Origin: Candidatus Sumerlaeia bacterium
GTDB lineage: Bacteria; Sumerlaeota; Sumerlaeia; SLMS01; JANRJK01
Assembly (NCBI GenBank): GCA_033764015.1
Contig: JANRJK010000021.1
Coordinates: 3,291 to 67,290 of the forward strand
Direction: 5' to 3'
Length of the DNA stretch: 64,000 nucleotides
Below, one piece after another: positions 45,363 to 52,755 of the stretch. Position 1 is the stretch's first letter. Every line of letters starts with the position of its first letter. The notes below the pieces were generated by a model. It saw nothing but the letters and a program-made list of their open reading frames with translations, had not been told where the DNA came from and searched no databases. The position numbers were made by a program, and so were the translations under genes.

Positions 45363-46261
45363 AGCGCCGGCTGCGGACGACGGCGCGGGCCGCGGGGCGC
45401 TCCGTGGCGGACGCGGCGCTGCGCGCCGGGCGCGGCGCCTCGTCGCTGCTGGCGCCGCGGAGGCTGCTGCGGCGCCTTGCGGCGGTCGGCGCGCTCGCCG
45501 GAGCGGCCGCCTTCGGCGCCGCCTTCTGGGACTTCCTCGCGCGGTCCGACTACTTCACCGTGCGCGAGGTGGACCTGCGCACTCCGCTGCGCGACGGCGC
45601 GCGGGCGCCGGTGGACGCCGCGGATTTCGACGGCGCGAACCTTTTCTCCGGACTCCGGGAGGTCGAGGATCGCCTCGCCGCGCGGCCCGACCTGGCGGGA
45701 GTCGAGGTGCGCCGCGTCTGGCCGGACCGCGTCGAGGTGGCGTGGGAGCCGCGCGCCACCGCGGCGCTGCTGGCGCATTCGGGCGGAGTGCTCGCGCTGT
45801 CGGACTCCGGCGCGGTGCTGCGCCCGGCCACCTCGGCGGAGGTGCGCGACCCGCGGCTGGTGCTGCTGACGGGCTGGGGCGCGGAGCCGCTGAAGCCCGG
45901 CGACCGGGTGGACGCGGAGGAGTGGCGCCGCGCGTTCGTGGCGATGCGCGCCTGGGACCACGGGCGTTCGGCGACGTCGCCGCAGCTTTCCGAGGTGCAC
46001 CGCACGGCGCCGGGCGAGTTGGAGCTGGTGTTCGCGAACGAGTCGCGGGCGGCGCTCGGCGCCGGCGACCCGGCTCCGCTGCTGGCGGCCTACACGGCGG
46101 CGCTGGACGCGCTCGGTCCGCGGGCGCTGACGGGGCGCCGGCTCGAGCTGCTGAACGACGAGCACCTTTCGATCACGCCGCTGTTTCCCGAATCGCCGGC
46201 GCGGGCGGCCAAGCCGCGCGCGCCGGCCACCAACATCGTCCGCACGGAGGCCCGCCCGTGA
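45359..46261 (+). CDS. ftsQ: Cell division protein FtsQ (POTRA domain)
   Basis: GTG 45359 overlaps the murB stop. Basic N-terminus, a TM (LAAVGALAGAAAFGAAFW), and a POTRA-like YFTVREVDLR...VRRVWPDRVEVAWEPR. The position between murB and ftsA supports the call. Confidence 0.7.
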   Translation: MKRRLRTTARAAGRSVADAALRAGRGASSLLAPRRLLRRLAAVGALAGAAAFGAAFWDFLARSDYFTVREVDLRTPLRDGARAPVDAADFDGANLFSGLREVEDRLAARPDLAGVEVRRVWPDRVEVAWEPRATAALLAHSGGVLALSDSGAVLRPATSAEVRDPRLVLLTGWGAEPLKPGDRVDAEEWRRAFVAMRAWDHGRSATSPQLSEVHRTAPGELELVFANESRAALGAGDPAPLLAAYTAALDALGPRALTGRRLELLNDEHLSITPLFPESPARAAKPRAPATNIVRTEARP

Positions 46262-47586
46262 GCGCCGTTTCCCCCAGCACCGCGTCCGGCGACCTGTTCG
46301 CCGGCATCGCCGCCGAGTCCCCCGCCTCGGCGCACGCGCCCGCGTGGCGCTCGCTCGGCCTGCCCTCCTCGCCGGAGATCTTCACCGGCGTGGACATCGG
46401 CACCACGAAGGTGTGCTGCGTGATCGGCGAGATCCGCCCCGACGGCACCGTGACGATCCTGGGCGTGGCGAGCACGCCGAGCCAGGGCCTGCGCCGCGGC
46501 GTGGTGATCAACCTGGAGGAGACGATCGACTCGGTGCGGACTGCGATCCGCAAGGCGGAGGAGATCGCGCAGCACCGGGCGAAGGACGTGTTCGTGGGGA
46601 TCGCCGGCGGCCACATACGCTGCCACCAGGTTTCGGCGAGCATCGACGTGTCGAACCCGGAGCGCGGCATCTCGAAGGCGGACATGCGCCGCGCCACGAA
46701 CATGGCGGTTTCGGGCCACGCGACGGTCGAGCGCGAGGTGATCGAGACGATCCCGCAGCGCTACCTGACGGACGACGGCTGGGTGATGGACCCGGAGGGC
46801 TTCTCGAGCCGCAAGCTGGGGGTGGAGCTGCTGCTGGTGAGCGCGGCGGTGACGAGCGCGCAGAACATCGTGCGCTCCGTGAGCGAGGCGGGCTACCGCG
46901 CCAGCTCGATCTACCTGGAGCCGCTCGCATCGTCGCTCGCGATCCTGTCGCGGCTGGAGAAGGAGCTGGGCGTCGTCGTGATCGACATCGGCGGCGGCAC
47001 CAGCGACGTGGCGATCTGGGCGGACGACGCGGTGCGCTACATCGACGTGGTGCCGTTCGGCGGCGACGCGGTGACGGAGGACCTGGCGAAGGTGCTCAAG
47101 ATCAGCCGCTACGACGCGGAGAACCTGAAGAAGAAGCACGGCCACGCGGTGGCGTCGGAGCTGGACCCGGGCGAAACGATCGACGTGCCGGTGGTGCTGA
47201 CCGGCGGGACGCGGCAGGTGCCGCGGGTGCTGGTGGCGGAGATCATCGAATCGCGCATGGAGGAGATCCTGTCGCTGGCGCACCAGCGCATCTCGGGCCT
47301 CGCGCCGTACAAGCAGGTGCGCGGCGGCGTGGTGCTGACGGGTGGCGCGTCGCTGCTGCCGGGGCTGACGAAGGTCGCCGGCCGCGTCTTCGGCCAGCCG
47401 TGCAAGATCGGCGTGCCCTCGGGCCTCGGCGGCCTGAGCAGCGTCGTCTCCAGCCCGATCTACTCGACCGGCGTGGGCCTGGTGCTGCACGGGCTCGAAT
47501 CGCCGAAGGGGCGCTTCCTGCTCGACGAGGACCTGTTCCACCGGCTGATCCGGCGGTTCAAGGAAGTGGTCGCCTCGTTCCGCTGA
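46258..47586 (+). CDS. ftsA: Cell division protein FtsA (actin-like ATPase)
   Basis: GVDIGTTKVCCVIGE (phosphate 1), VIDIGGGTSDVAI (phosphate 2), and VLTGGASLLPGL. GTG 46258 overlaps the ftsQ stop, giving an N-terminal extension of about 40 aa. A later start is possible. Confidence 0.9.
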   Translation: MSAVSPSTASGDLFAGIAAESPASAHAPAWRSLGLPSSPEIFTGVDIGTTKVCCVIGEIRPDGTVTILGVASTPSQGLRRGVVINLEETIDSVRTAIRKAEEIAQHRAKDVFVGIAGGHIRCHQVSASIDVSNPERGISKADMRRATNMAVSGHATVEREVIETIPQRYLTDDGWVMDPEGFSSRKLGVELLLVSAAVTSAQNIVRSVSEAGYRASSIYLEPLASSLAILSRLEKELGVVVIDIGGGTSDVAIWADDAVRYIDVVPFGGDAVTEDLAKVLKISRYDAENLKKKHGHAVASELDPGETIDVPVVLTGGTRQVPRVLVAEIIESRMEEILSLAHQRISGLAPYKQVRGGVVLTGGASLLPGLTKVAGRVFGQPCKIGVPSGLGGLSSVVSSPIYSTGVGLVLHGLESPKGRFLLDEDLFHRLIRRFKEVVASFR

Positions 47587-47651
47587 GCCGGTCCGAATCG
47601 GAGTGACCCGGCGCGGGCGCGCGCGCTGACTGCACGCCGGAGGACGGCCCC

Positions 47652-49253
47652 ATGGACACCCCGAAGCGCCCCGCCATCTTCTTCCTGCTGCCGCTCGCGG
47701 TCCTGCTGTTCGCGCTGTTCCACCTTTCGGTGAACGACGTCGACGTGGACCTTTGGGGGCACACGCTGTTCGGCCAGCGGATGCTTTCGCTGGGCGAGGT
47801 GGAGCGCGCGGAGCCGTTCTCGTGGACCGCGCCGGGGCACCGCTGGATCAACCACGAGCTGGTGGCGGAGCTGCTGCTCGGCGCGGCGCACGTGGTGGCG
47901 GGCGGCACGGGGATCTGGCTGCTGAAGACGTCGATCGGCCTGCTGGTGTTCGGCCTCTGCGTGGGCTACGCGCTGGACGGCGAGCGCTGGCCCCGGAGCG
48001 CGGCGGTGTGGCTGGTGGCGGCGCTCGGGGTGGTCGAGCTGGCGTTCGGATTCGCGGCGCGGCCGCAGATCTTCACGGCGCTGGGGCTGGCGCTGCTGCT
48101 GTACATCCTGCGCGAGGGGCACCGGTCGCACCCGGCGTGGTTCCTGGCGCTGCCGCTGCTCCTGGCGGGCTGGATCAACACGCACGGCGGCGCGTTGGCG
48201 GGCGTCGCGCTGACCTGCGCCTGCGCCGCGGCGTCGCTGGCGGAGTCGCAGCTCCGCGCGCGGATGCGGCTGGACGGCGAGCCGCCGGTGCCGCTACGCA
48301 CCGCGCTGTGGCTGGCGGCGGTGGTGCCGTTCTGCTTCGCGGCGCTCCTCCTCAACCCCTACGGCAAGGAACTGCCGCTCTGGCTTTGGGAGAGCGTCCG
48401 CTACGTGCGCCCGGAGATCGACGAGTGGAACCCGGTCCGCTTCAGCCTGGACCACCTGCCGTTCCTCTTCCTGGCGCCGGCGTCGCTGGCGTCGCTGTGG
48501 CTGGCGCGGCGCTCCGTGCGCTGGTACGAGGCGGCCTTCCTCGGCGCGCTGCTGGTGGTCTCGCTGCGCCACGCGCGGCATGTGCCGCTGTTCGCCGTGG
48601 CGGCGATCGCACTGCTGCCGGGATGGTTCCTCGCGGCGGGAGCGGCGCTGGGCGACCGCTTCGCCGCGGTGCGCGAGGCGCTCTCGCAGCAGCGCATGCA
48701 GCGGCTCCTCGCGGGCATCCTCGCCGCGGTCGCGGTGGCGCTCGTGCCCTCGACGCTCTTCCTGCGCAAGGAGACCTTCCACTCGATGGAGGTGCCCCGG
48801 GAGCGGTGGCCGCTCGATGCGATCGCCTTCGCCCGCGACCACGGCCTGCAAGGCAACACGGTGACGTTCTTCGACTGGGGCGAGATCACGCTGTGGGAGC
48901 TGCCCCGGAACCCGCCGTCGATCGACGGCCGCCTGGACACGTGCTACCCGCGCGCGGTGATCGAGGCGCACTGGGACTTCTACAACTGCCGGCCGTTCGA
49001 CGCGGCGGCGCTGGACCTGGCGAAGGCGGACGTGGCGATGGTGCCGCAGGACCTCGCGTGCGTGCGCACGCTGCTCGGGCTGCCGGAGTGGACGCCGGTG
49101 TACCGCGACCGGCTGGCGGCGGTTTTCGTCCGCGACGCGGCGCGGTTCCCGTCGCTGGCGCAGTACGAGCGCCTGCCGGTGGAGCGGCTCGACCTGCCGC
49201 AGCCGGGCCGCGCGCCGTTCCCCCGCGAGCTGCCGGAGCTGTCGCGGTTCTGA
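47652..49253 (+). CDS. Polytopic membrane protein in the usual ftsZ position; possible GT-C-fold glycosyltransferase
   Basis: 533 aa with about 11-13 hydrophobic segments, an acidic NDVDVDLWGH loop immediately after TM1, and a soluble C-terminal domain of about 170 aa. It starts 65 nt downstream of ftsA. It has no tubulin/FtsZ motifs. Confidence 0.55.
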   Translation: MDTPKRPAIFFLLPLAVLLFALFHLSVNDVDVDLWGHTLFGQRMLSLGEVERAEPFSWTAPGHRWINHELVAELLLGAAHVVAGGTGIWLLKTSIGLLVFGLCVGYALDGERWPRSAAVWLVAALGVVELAFGFAARPQIFTALGLALLLYILREGHRSHPAWFLALPLLLAGWINTHGGALAGVALTCACAAASLAESQLRARMRLDGEPPVPLRTALWLAAVVPFCFAALLLNPYGKELPLWLWESVRYVRPEIDEWNPVRFSLDHLPFLFLAPASLASLWLARRSVRWYEAAFLGALLVVSLRHARHVPLFAVAAIALLPGWFLAAGAALGDRFAAVREALSQQRMQRLLAGILAAVAVALVPSTLFLRKETFHSMEVPRERWPLDAIAFARDHGLQGNTVTFFDWGEITLWELPRNPPSIDGRLDTCYPRAVIEAHWDFYNCRPFDAAALDLAKADVAMVPQDLACVRTLLGLPEWTPVYRDRLAAVFVRDAARFPSLAQYERLPVERLDLPQPGRAPFPRELPELSRF

Positions 49254-49346
49254 GGATGGCCCAGCGCCCGATCATCCTTGCAGCCCACCGCGGCGCGGGG
49301 CGTTCCTAAGGGGAGCCGACACCCCGCCGCACCGGAGACGACGACC

Positions 49347-50240
49347 ATGCCCGAGCCCGCCATCAATCCCGGCAAACTCCGCCTCGCCTACGTCAACGAC
49401 CTGACCACGCTCCCCGTCACGTACCAGATCTCCGCGAACCTGCGCAGCGCGGCGGTCGCGGAGGGCACCATGGCGGAGGTGCGCGGCATGATGCTGGACG
49501 GAGCCGCCGACATCGCGTTCCTCCCGGCGGCGGACATCCTGATCAACCCGAACCTGATGCTGGTCACCTGCGGCGGCATCACGGTGAACGGCGCTTCGAA
49601 CCTGATCCTGCTCGCGTCGAAAGTGCTGCCGAGCGAGGTGGGCCGAGTGCTCGTCGACTCGAACGACATGGGCGCGATCGGCCTCGCGCAGTACGTGCTC
49701 GCGTCGAAGCTCCGCATCCGCCCCGAGTTCTACCAGGCGGAGGCGCCGCTGAACCCGGCGCACTTCGACTTCAACGCGGACCCGCACGACGCGTACCTGC
49801 TGACGGGGCTCAACGCGGTGATCGTCCGGCGCCAGGCGTTCGCCTGGGCGAACGACCTCACGCAGGCGTGGCAGGAGATGACGGGCGCGCCGTTCGTGCT
49901 CTGGGGCTGGGCAGTGAACAAGGGGACGGCGATCGGCACGATCGACAAGGAGATCACCGAGCTTGTGCGGCGGAACAGCTTCGAGCTGCCCGCGATGGCG
50001 CGCCGCTACGCGGAGGAGCACAGCCTCCCCGCCGCCAGCGTCGAAGCGTTCCTGGCGCGCGTGCTCAAGACCGACCTCGGCACGAACGAAATCACGTCGA
50101 TGCGGCGCTTCGGCAAGGAAATGCACCAGAGCGGCATCCTCGAGTACACCCCGCAACTGCCGCTGTACCAGACGACGACCACCGGCACCCGCGGCGGCGC
50201 CGGCAGCACGAAGCCGGGCGCAGGGACGAAGGGGAGGTAG
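49347..50240 (+). CDS. mqnA: MqnA/MqnD-family menaquinone (futalosine pathway) biosynthesis protein, likely chorismate dehydratase
   Basis: The periplasmic-binding-protein-like fold pattern KLRLAYVNDLTTLPV...GAADIAFLPAADIL is typical of MqnA. I prefer ATG 49347 over the listed 49278. It has a Thr/Gly-rich C-terminal tail. Confidence 0.55.
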   Translation: MPEPAINPGKLRLAYVNDLTTLPVTYQISANLRSAAVAEGTMAEVRGMMLDGAADIAFLPAADILINPNLMLVTCGGITVNGASNLILLASKVLPSEVGRVLVDSNDMGAIGLAQYVLASKLRIRPEFYQAEAPLNPAHFDFNADPHDAYLLTGLNAVIVRRQAFAWANDLTQAWQEMTGAPFVLWGWAVNKGTAIGTIDKEITELVRRNSFELPAMARRYAEEHSLPAASVEAFLARVLKTDLGTNEITSMRRFGKEMHQSGILEYTPQLPLYQTTTTGTRGGAGSTKPGAGTKGR

Positions 50241-50291
50241 GGGGGGCCGGAGCTGGTTGGTCAATCCATGCAGCGGTAACGCATTCGCTTC

Positions 50292-50747
50292 ATGGCATGG
50301 GTAACACTCGAAGAGAGGAGTCAACAAGCCGTGGCCACCAAGCGTTCGATCAGCACAGAGGAGTTTATCGAGGCGCTCGGGCCATTCGACCTCGCGACGA
50401 AGCATCTGGGGATCACGCTCTGGCGCGTTTGCACCGAGAGGTTGGGCAGCGTCCCCTACGCGCAGCCGTCAGGCGGCCCCATCACGAAGGTGATCTTCGG
50501 CTCGGATGGGGGGACCGACCGCCCCTGGCTGGCGATCTCCTTCACGAGGACCAAGGGCATGTGGTTTGAGCTCGTGGGCGGCTCGTTGATATCCAGCGGC
50601 GAGTGGTACGATCTGGAGTGCCCGCAGGGCGGGAAGAGCGGGGAGCGATGGATGCAGATCCGCGCGCACCGGACGCCGACGCCGGAGGAAGTCGCTGACA
50701 TGGGGCGGATGGTCGGTGATGCGTACGGGAAGTGGAAGCACCATTGA
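50292..50747 (+). CDS. Hypothetical protein (first gene of the low-GC island)
   Basis: 151-aa ORF in the low-GC segment. It ends 12 nt before the next ORF. I recognise no domain, and there is no obvious RBS. Confidence 0.45.
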   Translation: MAWVTLEERSQQAVATKRSISTEEFIEALGPFDLATKHLGITLWRVCTERLGSVPYAQPSGGPITKVIFGSDGGTDRPWLAISFTRTKGMWFELVGGSLISSGEWYDLECPQGGKSGERWMQIRAHRTPTPEEVADMGRMVGDAYGKWKHH

Positions 50748-50759
50748 GGAGCGGTCTCG

Positions 50760-51764
50760 ATGATCTGGGCGCACTCGCAGAAGTACCATCCCTGGGCGTT
50801 CGACCGCGAAACCGACTTGGAGGCCGCTATCGCGCAGGTGAAGGCAGACCTTTTCGGCGAGCAGCGGATCTATCTGGATGTGAAGAAGCTGATCGGGGAG
50901 CGCGGTAAGACCCGGAACATCCCGGACGGCTACCTCCTCGACTTCTCCAGCCCCCGGCGACCGGTCCTATACCTAGTGGAGGTCGAGCTGGCGAAGCACG
51001 ATCCCCTTCGCCACATCGCGCAGCAGCTCCTCGAGTTCTCGCTCTCGTTCAAGAGCACGCCGCAGAAGATGAAGGCGATCCTGCGGGAGACGATCCAGAA
51101 AAGCGCGGAGACCTTTGCTGCATGCGAAGCCTACGCCCAGAGGAACAACTTCAACAATATCGACTATCTTCTGGAACGGATGATCTACGAGGACGGTGCC
51201 TTCAACACGCTCCTGATCATCGACGAACTAGACGAAGAGCTGGAGAGCATTGTCCGCAGCTCGTTGGCGTTCCCCGTGGAAACTCTGACGCTGGTGCGCT
51301 TCCGGTCCGGGGCGGAGGACGTGGCCTATCACTTCGAGCCGTTCCTCTACGATCTGAGCGGCCAGTTCTCGACAACGGCAGCCGACGGCGGGAACGAGGC
51401 GGCAGTCGATCCCGCCGAGATCGACACGATCGTTGTCCCTGCGAGGAAGGAGGGCTTCGACGAGGTCTTCCTTGGCGAGAACATGTGGCGAGCCGTGCGG
51501 CTGCACTCCAGCATGGTTCCGAGAATCCGGTACTTGGCCATGTATCAGGTCGCCCCGGTTTCTGCCATCACGCACACCGCCCCGGTGGCCCGGATCGACC
51601 CATGGAAGGACACGGGCAAGTACGCGCTGTACTTCAGCGAGCCTGCGACCGAGATCAAGCACCTTGGCCTCGTCCGCAACGGTCGCGTGAGCCCACCGCA
51701 GTCGCCCCGCTACACGTCGATGGCGAAGCTGAAGAAGGCGAATTCGTTGGACGAGGTCTTCTGA
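50760..51764 (+). CDS. NucS/DUF91-like PD-(D/E)xK nuclease-fold protein with an unassigned C-terminal domain
   Basis: GGAG lies 9 nt before the ATG. The N-terminal part of about 190 aa reads ETDLEAAI...LFG...IPDGYLLDF...LYLVEVELAKHD...IAQQLLEF...LLIIDELDEEL, which parallels the DUF91/NucS-type nuclease core (PD ... ExE..K). The C-terminal part of about 120 aa (RIRYLAMYQVAPVSAITHTAPVARIDPW...) is unassigned. Confidence 0.5.
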   Translation: MIWAHSQKYHPWAFDRETDLEAAIAQVKADLFGEQRIYLDVKKLIGERGKTRNIPDGYLLDFSSPRRPVLYLVEVELAKHDPLRHIAQQLLEFSLSFKSTPQKMKAILRETIQKSAETFAACEAYAQRNNFNNIDYLLERMIYEDGAFNTLLIIDELDEELESIVRSSLAFPVETLTLVRFRSGAEDVAYHFEPFLYDLSGQFSTTAADGGNEAAVDPAEIDTIVVPARKEGFDEVFLGENMWRAVRLHSSMVPRIRYLAMYQVAPVSAITHTAPVARIDPWKDTGKYALYFSEPATEIKHLGLVRNGRVSPPQSPRYTSMAKLKKANSLDEVF

Positions 51765-51991
51765 ACGCCCGTGCGCAGAACCCCCGAGGGCGCATCCCAC
51801 CGGCGCCGCGGCAGATCATCCCTGTTTGCTCCCCGTTTCATCCGCTAGCGGTCGGGCGGGGGTTCGCCGGCGCGCCGCGGCGCCTTGGCGGGACGCATTC
51901 CGCGGCGCCGTGTCCGGATTTCCTTGCCGCTGCGCGGCGATCCCGGGCGCCATGCGGGGTGGAAACCTATACCGCCCCCAGGAGGCGCACC

Positions 51992-52666
51992 GTGGCGACT
52001 TTCAGTGTGATTGAAAAGCAGGGCCTGAAGATGATCCGGGCCGATATCCAGAACGAGGCGGTCCGCGCCGAGGCGGGCGCGCTGCACTACATGGTCGGCA
52101 ACATCGAGCTGGAGACCAAGATGCCGTCCGCCGGCGGCTTCCTCAAGTCGCTCGTCACGCAGGAGACGGTCTTCAAGCCCACCTACACCGGCACCGGCAC
52201 GATCTACTTCGGCCCGCCGATCTTCGGCGAGTACATGGTGCTCGAGTTGAAGAACGAGGCGTGGGTGCTGGACCGCGGCGCCTACGTCTGCTCCGACATG
52301 GGCGTGAACATCGGCGCGTTCTCCAACAAGGCGATCGCCGGCCTGCTCAGCGGCGAGGGCATGTTCCAGACCAAGGTCGAGGGCACCGGCAAGGTGGTGG
52401 TGCAGGCCGCCGGGCCGATCGAGGCGCTCGACCTGCGCGGCGAGAAGCTCGTCGTCGACGGCAGCTTCGCCATCGCGCGCCAGGCGCACCTCGACTTCTC
52501 GATCCAGCGCGCGGCCAAGGGCGGCCTGCTCGGCTCCGCCGCCTCCGGCGAGGGCCTGGTCAGCGTCATCTCCGGCACCGGCCGTGTGTACATCTCGCCG
52601 GTCCCCGCGCTGCACAACAGCCTGCTCGAGCGCATGCACGCGATGATCCCGGTGCCGCACGGCTGA
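51992..52666 (+). CDS. AIM24 family protein (DUF124 / TIGR00266)
   Basis: GTG 51992 is preceded by AGGAGG at 6-nt spacing. The 224-aa product has the family pattern: AGALHYMVGNIELETKM, LDRGAYVCSDMGV, GEGMFQTKVEGTGKVVVQAAGPI, and LVVDGSFAIA. Confidence 0.75.
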   Translation: MATFSVIEKQGLKMIRADIQNEAVRAEAGALHYMVGNIELETKMPSAGGFLKSLVTQETVFKPTYTGTGTIYFGPPIFGEYMVLELKNEAWVLDRGAYVCSDMGVNIGAFSNKAIAGLLSGEGMFQTKVEGTGKVVVQAAGPIEALDLRGEKLVVDGSFAIARQAHLDFSIQRAAKGGLLGSAASGEGLVSVISGTGRVYISPVPALHNSLLERMHAMIPVPHG

Positions 52667-52755
52667 GCCGCGCCGCGCGCAACACCCGGAAACGGAACCG
52701 GGCGGCGGGGAGTCAATCCCCGCCGCCCGGCTTGTTTCCGGGGTGGGTGGCGCCG

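Noticed and set aside
50241-51991. att-like direct repeats, a tRNA, or an integrase at the borders of the low-GC island
   Set aside because: I compared the left (50241-50291) and right (51765-51991) borders by eye and found no shared block of 10 nt or more, and no tRNA-like or recombinase-like sequence. The island is therefore not called a mobile element.
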